The notes beneath the pieces are model-generated. The model saw nothing but the letters and a program-made list of their open reading frames with translations. It did not search any database and was not told the DNA's origin. The position numbers were made by a program, and so were the translations under genes. Shown here piece after piece: positions 47,186-56,798 of a stretch of DNA of 64,000 nt. The stretch is from Fidelibacterota bacterium. Lineage in GTDB: Bacteria > Fidelibacterota > Marinisomatia > Marinisomatales > UBA1611. Within the stretch, counting starts at the first letter, position 1. Every line of letters starts with the position of its first letter. The stretch spans positions 33,320-97,319 of the forward strand of contig PAPB01000024.1 in the NCBI GenBank assembly GCA_002708715.1. The letters are read 5' to 3'.

Positions 47186-48410
47186 TATATGAAACCTTTA
47201 AGAAAATATTTTTTCCATTTTTCCAAGTCATTTGAATTATAAAAACCCCCAATAATGCAATAGTGAAATGACCAAATGTAAAATAGGTTGCTAGAGATAT
47301 ATTATGATATTCAATTGCCCATCCTGCGTAAAGAGAGCTAAGGATAACCATCGCTCTAGTATAAACCCCTAATATAGTTTGAACTCTACCCATTATATAG
47401 TTTGGTATGTTTTCCATAAAAATTGTTCGTACAATAATTCGAGCGGAATTGTTATGTAATCCCATTATGAAATAGGCTACACCTGCGAAGTATATATTTG
47501 CCATAATCGGAGAAAATAAACACATAAAACCTGCAACAGCATAACAAAACATTAGGTAAGAAGCTTTTCCAAATTTTGATAAGACAATTCCAACTAAAAT
47601 TGTGGAAAGTAATGCTCCAATTCCATAAAAACCATCCATTATTCCATATCCCAGGCTCCCTTTTTGAAATACTTCTTTTGAAATAGTAATAGTTAGCACA
47701 GAAAGAGAACCCCAAATAGCGACATCAGATAATATTGTTGTTAATCCAAGAATTAGTACATCACTTCTTCCTTTTAAATATGAGAACCCTTTAATCATAG
47801 ATTTATATAAACTTTTTTCTTCAATCGTTGATTTTTTTCTTTGAAAAGGTGCTAGTGATATAAATATCGCAGAAAAAAAATAGGTAATTATATTAACCCA
47901 AAGTGCTATTATAGGACTATAAATATGAACGATTACCCCTCCAATACCAGCACCTAATATTGAGCCTACTTGGTAGCTTGCTGAAAGTAATTTGTTAGCA
48001 TTAAAGTAATCTTTATCTGAAACAAGTTCCTGTACAAATGCTTGAGCTGTAGGCCAGAACAATGAATTTCCCAGACCCATAAAAAGAGCGACTGGATATA
48101 AAAGCGAAATTTTAAATCCATGATTTAATAAATAATATAAAAAACTAATAATAACAAACATTCTAAAAATATCTAGGAACACTAATAACCATTTACGATT
48201 GACCTTATCAATTATTAACCCAGCAAAAATAGCAAGCAGAAGACCTGGTGCAGTCGCAGATGCCATGATTTTTCCTAAAAGGTATTCCGAACCACTCTCT
48301 TCTAATACCATCCAACTAATTGCAATCAGATTAACTCCAAAACCAATGAGTGAGGTAATATTTCCGATAAAAAAAAGTAAAAATGTTTTATTTTTGAGTA
48401 ATCTAAACAT
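47178..48410 (-). CDS. MFS transporter
   Basis: 410 aa with about 12 TM segments and the loop motif GLIIDKVNRK between TM2 and TM3. Confidence 0.8.
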   Translation of the reverse strand: MFRLLKNKTFLLFFIGNITSLIGFGVNLIAISWMVLEESGSEYLLGKIMASATAPGLLLAIFAGLIIDKVNRKWLLVFLDIFRMFVIISFLYYLLNHGFKISLLYPVALFMGLGNSLFWPTAQAFVQELVSDKDYFNANKLLSASYQVGSILGAGIGGVIVHIYSPIIALWVNIITYFFSAIFISLAPFQRKKSTIEEKSLYKSMIKGFSYLKGRSDVLILGLTTILSDVAIWGSLSVLTITISKEVFQKGSLGYGIMDGFYGIGALLSTILVGIVLSKFGKASYLMFCYAVAGFMCLFSPIMANIYFAGVAYFIMGLHNNSARIIVRTIFMENIPNYIMGRVQTILGVYTRAMVILSSLYAGWAIEYHNISLATYFTFGHFTIALLGVFIIQMTWKNGKNIFLKVSYNA

Positions 48411-48533
48411 TTTTATAAAACCTTAGAAATAAAAAGCAGGATAAAAATTATTAAGCTAAATAATAATATAATTGGTAGGGCCCATTTGATAAATGTAAAA
48501 ATAAAGTAATTCAAAATGAATTTAATTTTTTTT

Positions 48534-49175
48534 TTAATTTTCATTTTTGATATTTTTTTCAGAATAGATGATTATCTTATTTTCAATTGAACTTTTTGAA
48601 TTTTTATCTAAGGGTATCTTATTATTTGTAACTTTATAAAGAATAGATTTGAATTTTACAGGTTGACTTTTTGATCTATTTAGATTTGTTAGTTTTGTAT
48701 TATTAAAAAAAATATTTTTTATGAATTTTTGTTTAATCAAGGGGAATTTTATGGTTTCAATACCTACATTATTAATATCAAAACTTCTATAATTGACTTT
48801 TTCTATTTCAGATTCAAAAGTACATCCATAAAAAGTAGTATATGTGATTAAGCCATAATTATTTAATTTAATTTTATTTTTTAAAGATGATGCCTTATCA
48901 GCGAGTTTATGAATTTTTTCACGAAAAAATGAAAATCCTTCATCATAATAGTTTTTTTTAGAAAAAGACGTAGCTATAAGTTCAGAATTATCAGTAATAA
49001 TTGGCAAAGAGTGGTTATCAATATTCTTAAAACTATATTCATTGGTATTTAACAAAACTTCAGCAAGGGTACGTTTTGTTGATCTAATATTATCTACTAA
49101 TAACTCTTTCTCATTTGCAATTAATGAATTTACTTTAATTGATGCATGGAATCCTCTTATTTGCAAGTTTATCAT
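48534..49175 (-). CDS. hypothetical protein (orphan, Asn/Lys/Ile-rich)
   Basis: 213-aa ORF with no signal peptide, no TM and no recognisable motif. It is flanked by the two largest spacers on this side of the window (123 and 236 bp). Confidence 0.45.
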   Translation of the reverse strand: MINLQIRGFHASIKVNSLIANEKELLVDNIRSTKRTLAEVLLNTNEYSFKNIDNHSLPIITDNSELIATSFSKKNYYDEGFSFFREKIHKLADKASSLKNKIKLNNYGLITYTTFYGCTFESEIEKVNYRSFDINNVGIETIKFPLIKQKFIKNIFFNNTKLTNLNRSKSQPVKFKSILYKVTNNKIPLDKNSKSSIENKIIIYSEKNIKNEN

Positions 49176-49411
49176 GTATTATAATTATTTGTTAATGAAA
49201 GGTGTAAAATTTATTTGAAATAGATATGTTTTGAAACAAAAATTTGAGCGTTTTGAGCGAATTTTATAATTATTTACAATATGATTTATTTAAATCTTAT
49301 ATTGAATGAAAATAGTAAATTTTAATTTAGTTTCATCCTAGGAATATTATCCATTAATATATTACTATTATATCTACAAATTAGATGTAAAATAAAAAAT
49401 AAGAAAATATT

Positions 49412-49996
49412 ATGCTTACTATACCTTTGTTTCCACTTAATCTTGTCATCCTTCCATACGAATATTTACCTTTACATATTTTTGAACCACGCTATAAAAC
49501 TATGATAAAGAATTCAATTGAAGAAGATACGCCTTTTGGTATCATCTTAAGTCAAGATGATGAAATGTATTCTAAAGGTTGTAGAGTAAAAGTGACTGAG
49601 GTTTATAAAAAATATCATACTGGAGAATATGATATATTGGTAAAAGGCGTTGAACGATTTAAAGTATTTGATACTAAAAAAGATGGTGAAACTGTAATCG
49701 GCGAAATAGAATATATTCCATTAATTCAAAATCAAGACAATGCTTTGATTGATTTACTTCAAGATTCCTATCTTAGAGTATTATTAAAACTTGGAATTAA
49801 TACAGATCTTGAGTTACACATGAAGAAAAAAATATCTTATGAGTTTGTTCAAGGATTTGAATTGCCACTCCAAATAAAGAAAAAATTGATATCAATTGAT
49901 AATGAGAATAAAAGACTTCATTTTATTAATAATATTTTTGAAAATATTTTAAGCAGTGAATTGAAAATAAAAAATTCTGATCTACCAGAAGCATAA
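49412..49996 (+). CDS. LON N-terminal (substrate-binding) domain protein
   Basis: LPLFPLNLVILPYEYLPLHIFEPRYKTMI is the classic LON_substr_bdg opening. At 194 aa it has no ATPase or protease domain. Confidence 0.8.
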   Translation: MLTIPLFPLNLVILPYEYLPLHIFEPRYKTMIKNSIEEDTPFGIILSQDDEMYSKGCRVKVTEVYKKYHTGEYDILVKGVERFKVFDTKKDGETVIGEIEYIPLIQNQDNALIDLLQDSYLRVLLKLGINTDLELHMKKKISYEFVQGFELPLQIKKKLISIDNENKRLHFINNIFENILSSELKIKNSDLPEA

Positions 49997-50022
49997 TTAT
50001 TATATATTTTTTTTAATTAATT

Positions 50023-50274
50023 ATGAATAAAAATCAAACGTATTGGTCGGAGAACATTAATCTTATTATCAGATGTTTATCAGTATGGTTTATTGTTTCA
50101 TATGGCTGCAGTATTATCTTTGTAGAGTATTTGAATGTTATAAGGCTAGGTGGTTATAAATTAGGATTTTGGTTTGCGCAGCAAGGATCGATATATACTT
50201 TTGTTGTTTTGATTTTTTATTATGTATACAAGATCGATAAAATTGATCAACGTTATGGGGCCTCTGATGAATAA
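50023..50274 (+). CDS. DUF4212 small membrane subunit of a sodium:solute symporter
   Basis: 83 aa with two TM segments and the YW..N pattern at the N-terminus. It sits directly upstream of an SSS-family permease, the usual arrangement. Confidence 0.7.
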   Translation: MNKNQTYWSENINLIIRCLSVWFIVSYGCSIIFVEYLNVIRLGGYKLGFWFAQQGSIYTFVVLIFYYVYKIDKIDQRYGASDE

Positions 50275-50289
50275 AATTTTAAAATTTTA

Positions 50290-51990
50290 ATGGGGCTTCA
50301 AGCTCTTACATTTTTCATTGTTGGTTTTACGTTTGCTATTTATATAGGTATTGCTTTTTGGGCTCGAGCACGTAGTACAGATGAATTTTATGTAGCTGGT
50401 GGTGATATCCATCCTATTGCCAATGGGATGGCAACTGCTGCGGATTGGATGTCAGCTGCATCTTTTATTTCTATGGCAGGTTTGATCGCTTTTTTAGGGT
50501 ATGGTGGTTCAGTATTTTTAATGGGCTGGACAGGAGGTTATGTTCTTTTAGCGCTCTTACTTGCTCCATATCTTAGAAAACATGGCTCTTTTACCGTTCC
50601 TCAGTTTATAAGTGATCGATACTATTCAAAAACAGCGAGAGTAGTTGCAGTTTTGTGTTTAATCATTGCCTCGGTGACATATGTAATTGGACAAATGAAG
50701 GGAATTGGTGTTGCATTTTCTAGATTTTTAGAAGTGGATTATGATCAAGGTCTCATGGTTGGAATGGTAATTGTTTTTATTTATGCTGTTATGGGTGGAA
50801 TGAAAGGGATTACTTATACTCAGATAGCACAGTATGTTATTATGATAATTGCATATACAATTCCTGCTATTTTTATTTCTTTTATGTTAACAGGTAATCC
50901 AATTCCACAATTAGGCCTTGGTAGTACAATACAAGATGGTACTTATCTTTTGGATACTTTAGATCAAATAGTAAAAGATCTTGGCTTTAAAGAGTATACA
51001 ACAAATGCTCGACTTAGTCTTTTTAATATGTTTTTTTATACATTATCACTAATGATTGGTACAGCAGGATTGCCTCATGTTATCATGAGATTTTTTACTG
51101 TTCCTTCTGTGAAAGCAGCACGTTTATCTGCTGGATGGGCATTATTGTTTATTGCATTATTATATACTACGGCACCTGCTGTAGCTGCAATGGCTCGATT
51201 AAATTTTATGACTACTATAGATCAACCAAATCAGGAAAATAATTTAGCATATGAAAATCGTCCTTCTTGGTTTAGAAATTGGGAAAAAACAGGATTGTTA
51301 CAGTTCGAAGATAAAAACCAAGATGGATTAATTCAGTATAATGGGAATGAAACAAATGAAATGGTAAAAGTAGATCGAGATATTATGGTTTTAGCAAATC
51401 CAGAAATTGCAGGGTTGCCAAACTGGGTCATTGCGTTAGTTGCAGCAGGAGGCCTAGCCGCTGCTTTATCAACTGCTGCTGGATTATTGTTGGCCATATC
51501 ATCTGCTATTTCTCATGATTTATTAAAAGGTGTGTTTAGGCCAAATATCACAGAAAAAGATGAGTTGAAAGCGAGTCGTATTGCTATGGCTGGTTCTATT
51601 GCAGTTGCTGGTTATTTTGGTTTTAATCCACCCGACTTTGCTGCAGGAACGGTGGCTTTAGCTTTTGGTTTAGCTGCATCTTCTATTTTCCCTGCATTAA
51701 TGATGGGAATTTTTTCTAAAAATATGAATAAAGAGGGTGCAATTGCTGGTATGCTTTCTGGAATTGGAGTTACTCTTTTATATGTATTTCAACATAAAGG
51801 AGTTATGTTTATTCAGTCAACTTCTTTTCTTGGTGGTATGGAGCCAAACTGGTTTTTAGGAATCGAACCAAATGCATTTGGAGCTATTGGGGCAATGGTG
51901 AATTTTATTGTTGCATATACTGTATCAAAAAATAATGAATCTCCACCAGAAGAGATTAAGGACATGGTTGAACGTATTCGTCTACCATAG
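50290..51990 (+). CDS. sodium:solute symporter family permease (ActP/VC_2705-like)
   Basis: 566 aa with 13-14 TM segments, FYVAGGDIHPIANGMATAADWMSAASFI and GLPHVIMRFFT motifs. Confidence 0.85.
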   Translation: MGLQALTFFIVGFTFAIYIGIAFWARARSTDEFYVAGGDIHPIANGMATAADWMSAASFISMAGLIAFLGYGGSVFLMGWTGGYVLLALLLAPYLRKHGSFTVPQFISDRYYSKTARVVAVLCLIIASVTYVIGQMKGIGVAFSRFLEVDYDQGLMVGMVIVFIYAVMGGMKGITYTQIAQYVIMIIAYTIPAIFISFMLTGNPIPQLGLGSTIQDGTYLLDTLDQIVKDLGFKEYTTNARLSLFNMFFYTLSLMIGTAGLPHVIMRFFTVPSVKAARLSAGWALLFIALLYTTAPAVAAMARLNFMTTIDQPNQENNLAYENRPSWFRNWEKTGLLQFEDKNQDGLIQYNGNETNEMVKVDRDIMVLANPEIAGLPNWVIALVAAGGLAAALSTAAGLLLAISSAISHDLLKGVFRPNITEKDELKASRIAMAGSIAVAGYFGFNPPDFAAGTVALAFGLAASSIFPALMMGIFSKNMNKEGAIAGMLSGIGVTLLYVFQHKGVMFIQSTSFLGGMEPNWFLGIEPNAFGAIGAMVNFIVAYTVSKNNESPPEEIKDMVERIRLP

Positions 51991-51991
51991 A

Positions 51992-54577
51992 TTAATAGTC
52001 CATATCCATCCCGCCTCCGCCCATTCCACCGGATCTACCAGAAAAATTTCCTCTGCTCCATTTTTTCTTTTGCTGTTTACCGAAATTATAGTTTAAAACA
52101 ACAGAAGCATATCGTTTTTGTCTTTGTCGCTCTGCATACATTAATTGCCTATATTTTTCACCTGTTAATGCATTGGTGACTTCGCTGTCTGTATCAATAA
52201 TAAATTTTCCAGTGTTAAAAATATCATCAATCTTAAAGGTTGCAGATAATCTATTTTGAAGAAAAGATTTTTGGATACCAAGGTTTATTCGATAATTGGC
52301 AGGTATTTCTCCAGTTGAAATCTTCATTTTAGCTCTACCATTTCCTGAAAGTTCAAGTCTCGCAATGGTAGGGATATTCAGTGTTAATCTTCCTCCAAAT
52401 CCAAATCCTCTACTTTTTCCATCACCATCAACGCGTTGTCCTTCTTGAAAAGAGTTCCAGCCCCAACCCCAGACCATAATACTCGCTAGGGGCATAGGTC
52501 TATACATAATGTTACCACTGAAATTTTGACTCACTGATTTGTCAGCATTCCCTGCGGTCATTATCTCATATATGGTGGTATCGTATATGGTGGTATCAGG
52601 TTCATTCAGTTTTGCAGAGTTAATGAATGTTACATTTTCACGGTCCCACCACATAATCACATCTTTTGTATTTTTATATGAAGTGGATAAATTCAAATTC
52701 AATTTTCTTGAATTGTTAGAAAAGGTTAACTCCATAACATCGCTAAATTCTGGTCTTAAGTACGGATTACCACTTCGCAACCTAGTTATGTCTAAAGTAT
52801 TATCAGGGAATGGGCTAATGGTTCTTCTTCCTGGCCTATTTACTTTTTTGGAGTACCCAAATTGAATAGTTTGCCTATTTGTAAGTTTATAAAGTAAAAA
52901 AGCACTAGGATACAACTTAAAATAATTTGGGTCATAAGGTCCCTCTACAATGCCTCTTTCAAAAAGATAGGTAAGAACATTTACTGAGTCATTTGCTGTT
53001 AATATTGGTCCTTTCAGATCAGCAAAAGTCTTTACTTGTTCAGCTCTTGCGCCAAATTTAAAACCAAACCTATCAGTCAGTTCATATTGAGTAACCATGT
53101 ATGCTGCATAAATATCTTCCTCATAGTCGTTCCCATAAATATTCTGTAAATAAGTGAGATCCTTCTTAAAGTCTCGGATTGTGGCTTTTGCCCCTATTTC
53201 ATAGCCTAATTTATCCCCAAAATTATTTTCATAATCGATGGATGCTGTAAAGTTATTATTGTCTTCAGATGCTTTTGTTGAATTTCCAGAAAAGTTTGCA
53301 CCATAATCTGAATCCATTGTTCCAACCTCATTTACATCATCAACTTCATAAGAATAGCTTATATATGCTTTTAACAATTCAGTTTCAGAATCGAATTTGT
53401 TTTCATACGAAAAAACATGATCCATGTGAAGCCCATCATCAGTCTCAGTAGTTTCTAGGTTCCCGAGTAAGCTAGGGTTAATCGTGTTATCTCTATAATT
53501 AAACTTTTGGACTGTTGTTTCATTATGTTGAGAAATATCAAATGTATAGCCAATAGTGCTTGTCTTTGAAGGGTAATAATCTCCACCAAATCTCATACCA
53601 AAATCATTAGGGGTTCTTTTACGGTAGGTGTCAGTATTTATTGAATCTCTCGAAGATGGGTAAATATAATCAAATTCTCTTTTACCATCTCCTATTCTAT
53701 TACCTGTTCGGTAGTTAGCATTTGTAAATACATTGAATTTATCTGTTCTATAATTAAGATTTCCATTGAGGTTTTGTTTTTTATATTCACCTACCATTGA
53801 GGATACTGTCCCATTGAAGCCATCTAGAGCACCCCTCTTCATTACAATATTGATAATACCGCCTACTCCATCTGGATCATATTTAGCAGATGGGTTTGTT
53901 ATAACTTCCACTTTCTCTATCATTGCGGCATTAATATGATCTACATTTCCTCGTCTGCCACTACCTGTTCTCCCGCTGCGTTTTCCATCAATAAGAACAG
54001 TGACATTAGCATCTCCTGCAATGGTTACCACACCATCAATATCTACATCTACTGATGGGACTTTTCTTAATACATCTGTCCCCGTTCCTCCAGCAGAGGA
54101 CAGGTCTCGTCCAACATTAAATATTTTTTTGTCAATCGTTTGAATGAAAGTACTTTCTTCGCCAACAACTTCTACAGCTTCTAGATTAACTGCAGAAATA
54201 TTTAATTTTACTTTACCAAGGTTATGTTGTATTCCAGCTCCTTGACCTGGGAAAAGGTTTATAGGACCTATTTCTTTTTTTTCATAGCCAATGAATTCAA
54301 CAACCGCCACATATCTACCAAGAGGGATTTCGGTAATATTGAGGTATCCGTTTTTATCAGTAAGTCCTCCTGTTACTAGTTCGTTATGTTCAAGCTCAAC
54401 TAAAGATACGGAAGCATATTCGAGTGGTGAAGATGAGATAGAGTCTATAACTGTACCTTGTAATACTCCAATTGCTGGCATTTTAGGTTTACTTGAATGA
54501 TCTTTATGTGCAACAAGACTTGTGAATGTAAATAAGCATATAAATATTGAATGGGTAAGGGTTGAATTATTTCTCAT
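51992..54577 (-). CDS. TonB-dependent receptor-like outer-membrane beta-barrel protein (CarboxypepD_reg + plug + barrel)
   Basis: The ATG at 54577 gives a signal peptide (NSTLTHSIFICLFTFTSLVA). A CarboxypepD_reg-like domain is present (GTVIDSISSSPLEYASVSL...TDKNGYLNI). The plug has DVLRKVPSVDVDIDG...VLIDGKRSG. A long beta-rich C-terminus follows. Confidence 0.85.
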   Translation of the reverse strand: MRNNSTLTHSIFICLFTFTSLVAHKDHSSKPKMPAIGVLQGTVIDSISSSPLEYASVSLVELEHNELVTGGLTDKNGYLNITEIPLGRYVAVVEFIGYEKKEIGPINLFPGQGAGIQHNLGKVKLNISAVNLEAVEVVGEESTFIQTIDKKIFNVGRDLSSAGGTGTDVLRKVPSVDVDIDGVVTIAGDANVTVLIDGKRSGRTGSGRRGNVDHINAAMIEKVEVITNPSAKYDPDGVGGIINIVMKRGALDGFNGTVSSMVGEYKKQNLNGNLNYRTDKFNVFTNANYRTGNRIGDGKREFDYIYPSSRDSINTDTYRKRTPNDFGMRFGGDYYPSKTSTIGYTFDISQHNETTVQKFNYRDNTINPSLLGNLETTETDDGLHMDHVFSYENKFDSETELLKAYISYSYEVDDVNEVGTMDSDYGANFSGNSTKASEDNNNFTASIDYENNFGDKLGYEIGAKATIRDFKKDLTYLQNIYGNDYEEDIYAAYMVTQYELTDRFGFKFGARAEQVKTFADLKGPILTANDSVNVLTYLFERGIVEGPYDPNYFKLYPSAFLLYKLTNRQTIQFGYSKKVNRPGRRTISPFPDNTLDITRLRSGNPYLRPEFSDVMELTFSNNSRKLNLNLSTSYKNTKDVIMWWDRENVTFINSAKLNEPDTTIYDTTIYEIMTAGNADKSVSQNFSGNIMYRPMPLASIMVWGWGWNSFQEGQRVDGDGKSRGFGFGGRLTLNIPTIARLELSGNGRAKMKISTGEIPANYRINLGIQKSFLQNRLSATFKIDDIFNTGKFIIDTDSEVTNALTGEKYRQLMYAERQRQKRYASVVLNYNFGKQQKKKWSRGNFSGRSGGMGGGGMDMDY
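52569..52598 (-). repeat. in-frame 15-bp tandem duplication inside the TonB-dependent receptor gene
   Basis: tatatggtggtatcg is followed directly by tatatggtggtatca (14/15 identical). It encodes DTTIY-DTTIY. Confidence 0.9.
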
Positions 54578-54626
54578 ATTATTTATAATAGTACTCCGCA
54601 AATTGAAAAAGATTGAGTTGATAAAA

Positions 54627-54640
54627 ACTAAATATTTAGT
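54627..54640. promoter_or_regulatory. perfect 14-bp palindrome ACTAAATATTTAGT, candidate dimeric-regulator operator upstream of the receptor gene
   Basis: Read directly from the sequence. It lies in the 83-bp spacer between the PHP gene stop (54661) and the receptor ATG (54577). With no loop it is unlikely to be a hairpin terminator. Confidence 0.25.
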
Positions 54641-54660
54641 CTGTGAATTTAAATTAGAAA

Positions 54661-55773
54661 TTATTGTTTTGGTCTAACAATTAAGTTTACAACAGGATGA
54701 GTATTGGGAGCTGTCAGTGCACTTAATATTTCAAATTGAAGTTCAAATTTTCTCAATTTTTCAATTGTTCTCACATCAATATTTACTTCTCCATGAGCAG
54801 GAATCATTACTAAGTCTGTTAAATTATAAAAATCGTATTTGCTTTGATTCCTCAAGGTGAAGGGTGCATCTGAGCTATTAGAAATAGTAACATGTGCAAC
54901 CGTTGTATTTGTAAAATATTTAGCAGAATTTACTTTTAGGCTAGAATTAACTAGAGGGATAAGGAAGTCTTCTTTACCTATTAATTTCTTTTTAAACCAA
55001 ACAACAGTTTGTCCTTTTTGCAGTGCTCTTTTTAAAGATGTTTTTGTTTTTTCTCGACAAAAAACTAATGTAACTGGTCTGTGCCCTCCAGAAGGAATTC
55101 TATACTGCCAGTCCACAATCCCATGTATATCTGATGTCCCTAGTATTGTTAGGTTATAATCTAGCGCTATTTGTAATGCTTCATTAGAAAAAGTTGTATC
55201 GTTGACGATTTCAATTCCTTCAATGAGGCCTTCATCAATAAGTTTTTTATGCATTTCGCTAAGTGGAACACTTGCATCGGGTGATTGACTTGCCCAATAT
55301 GGATGATTCCAAAAGATAAATGCATCTTGCTTACGTGCTTCAAGGTATGCATCTATAGGATCTTTAGTAATCAGTTTGTTTGCATCATTAATGAAAATAG
55401 CATTTGCATGTCCTGGTGGCATATCCCTTGTTATTTCTGAACCATTAATTACCATTACATTTGACCCTTTTGCAAAATTACTATGATACTCATATGATCT
55501 ATTTCTATCTGGATTTGGGATATCGGCTTTCCATGGTTGGTATTCTATATGTTCAGTTGTTGCAATAACATCTAGACCATCTTTTTTTGCTTCTTGAATC
55601 CGTATATCAGGCCACACGCTACCATCTGAAAATACCGAGTGCATATGTAAATCACAGACCAGAGTTATAAACCCTGGAATATTAGGGAATTCAATTTGAC
55701 GATTTTTCCCATGATCATGAGCGGTTATGATGGCTAAAATAATAAAGAAAAATTTTATTGAATAATATTTCAC
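54661..55773 (-). CDS. secreted PHP-family metal-dependent phosphoesterase
   Basis: CDLHMHSVFSDGSVWP...ATTEH...HP...DIHG are the PHP His/Asp motifs. The GTG at 55773 gives signal peptide MKYYSIKFFFIILAIITA and a GTGA overlap with the upstream stop. The ORF-track TTG at 55788 is the alternative. Confidence 0.75.
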   Translation of the reverse strand: MKYYSIKFFFIILAIITAHDHGKNRQIEFPNIPGFITLVCDLHMHSVFSDGSVWPDIRIQEAKKDGLDVIATTEHIEYQPWKADIPNPDRNRSYEYHSNFAKGSNVMVINGSEITRDMPPGHANAIFINDANKLITKDPIDAYLEARKQDAFIFWNHPYWASQSPDASVPLSEMHKKLIDEGLIEGIEIVNDTTFSNEALQIALDYNLTILGTSDIHGIVDWQYRIPSGGHRPVTLVFCREKTKTSLKRALQKGQTVVWFKKKLIGKEDFLIPLVNSSLKVNSAKYFTNTTVAHVTISNSSDAPFTLRNQSKYDFYNLTDLVMIPAHGEVNIDVRTIEKLRKFELQFEILSALTAPNTHPVVNLIVRPKQ

Positions 55774-56798
55774 TTTGTTTGCTCCCAATGGATGTCCATT
55801 ATATGGTATTCTGCCTTTTTACCTTTTTTTATTGGTACTGTTAGGGTAAATGAAGCAGTTTTCCCAGGCTTAAGTGCTGTGTCTGCTATTACATTTGTTT
55901 CATACACTGTCCGATCTCCTTTTACAAAAACAGAGTCGGTTCCAGTATTCGTTGTTGTTTGATCAAATAGTTTAGCAATTACTCTTACAAAATCAGCACG
56001 AATTTCACCTATATTTTTTACTGTACCTGTAAAAATTTGTTTATTTGGATAATAATCAATAAATGGTTCTCCCTGGAAAACTACTTTTGGTCCTGGCTTT
56101 TTTAACTCATCCATTCTTACAACCATTTCTTTTTTTAAAACAAGTGTCCCAATTTGAGTTTTTAGTGTTAATGTTGAGTCTGATTCTTCAAGAAGAGCTC
56201 CCGAAACGACTGTCCCATTTTGTAATTCTACTTGGTGCTGATAGTCGGGTATGACTATCAGGTCAAGAAGATCTCTGCTTACGTTTGGCATATTTTGTTT
56301 TTTTTCGTAACCTTTTACCACACTCTTCAAAGAATCTATCTCTTCTTTTAAAGCATCTAAATTTGATTCATATTCAAAAAAGTAATCTTCAAACTTCAAG
56401 GTTTCCTTTTTAGTCTCTTTTCTTTGTTGAGGTAATTTCTCTGGTAAGACAGCTTTGGGTTTTGCTATCTTGCTGGGTATAACGAGTGTTAGCTCTACAT
56501 CTACGCTATCAACGATAAATTTTACTTTGCCACTTCCATTTTTTTTATGGATTCCATTTAAAGAATATTCACCTGGTAATATTTTCACTTTTTTAAATTT
56601 AAATTCACCGTTTTTCCCTGATTTTCCTTTTTCAACTACTTCTCCATTTAAGTCTTCTATCGTAAGTTTTGCACCTTTTAAACCAGAAACATTTTTATCA
56701 AGCACCTTCCCTAGAATATTTATTTTTATAGGATCATCCTGAGAAAAGATGGGTGCCATAAAAAATAATACAAGAATTAGTTGCAGGTATTTAATCAT
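55770..56798 (-). CDS. hypothetical secreted protein (N-terminal CarboxypepD_reg-like beta-sandwich, Lys/Glu coiled-coil linker, C-terminal beta domains)
   Basis: 342 aa with a signal peptide. ILGKVLDKNVSGLKGAKLTIEDLNG...SGKNGEFKF resembles a carboxypeptidase-regulatory-like fold. The remainder is unassigned. Confidence 0.5.
   Translation of the reverse strand: MIKYLQLILVLFFMAPIFSQDDPIKINILGKVLDKNVSGLKGAKLTIEDLNGEVVEKGKSGKNGEFKFKKVKILPGEYSLNGIHKKNGSGKVKFIVDSVDVELTLVIPSKIAKPKAVLPEKLPQQRKETKKETLKFEDYFFEYESNLDALKEEIDSLKSVVKGYEKKQNMPNVSRDLLDLIVIPDYQHQVELQNGTVVSGALLEESDSTLTLKTQIGTLVLKKEMVVRMDELKKPGPKVVFQGEPFIDYYPNKQIFTGTVKNIGEIRADFVRVIAKLFDQTTTNTGTDSVFVKGDRTVYETNVIADTALKPGKTASFTLTVPIKKGKKAEYHIMDIHWEQTK

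Noticed and set aside
54578-54601. ORF-track TTG start for the TonB-dependent receptor.
   Set aside because: The ATG at 54577 immediately precedes a normal signal peptide. The 8 extra residues add nothing and would shrink the spacer containing the palindrome.
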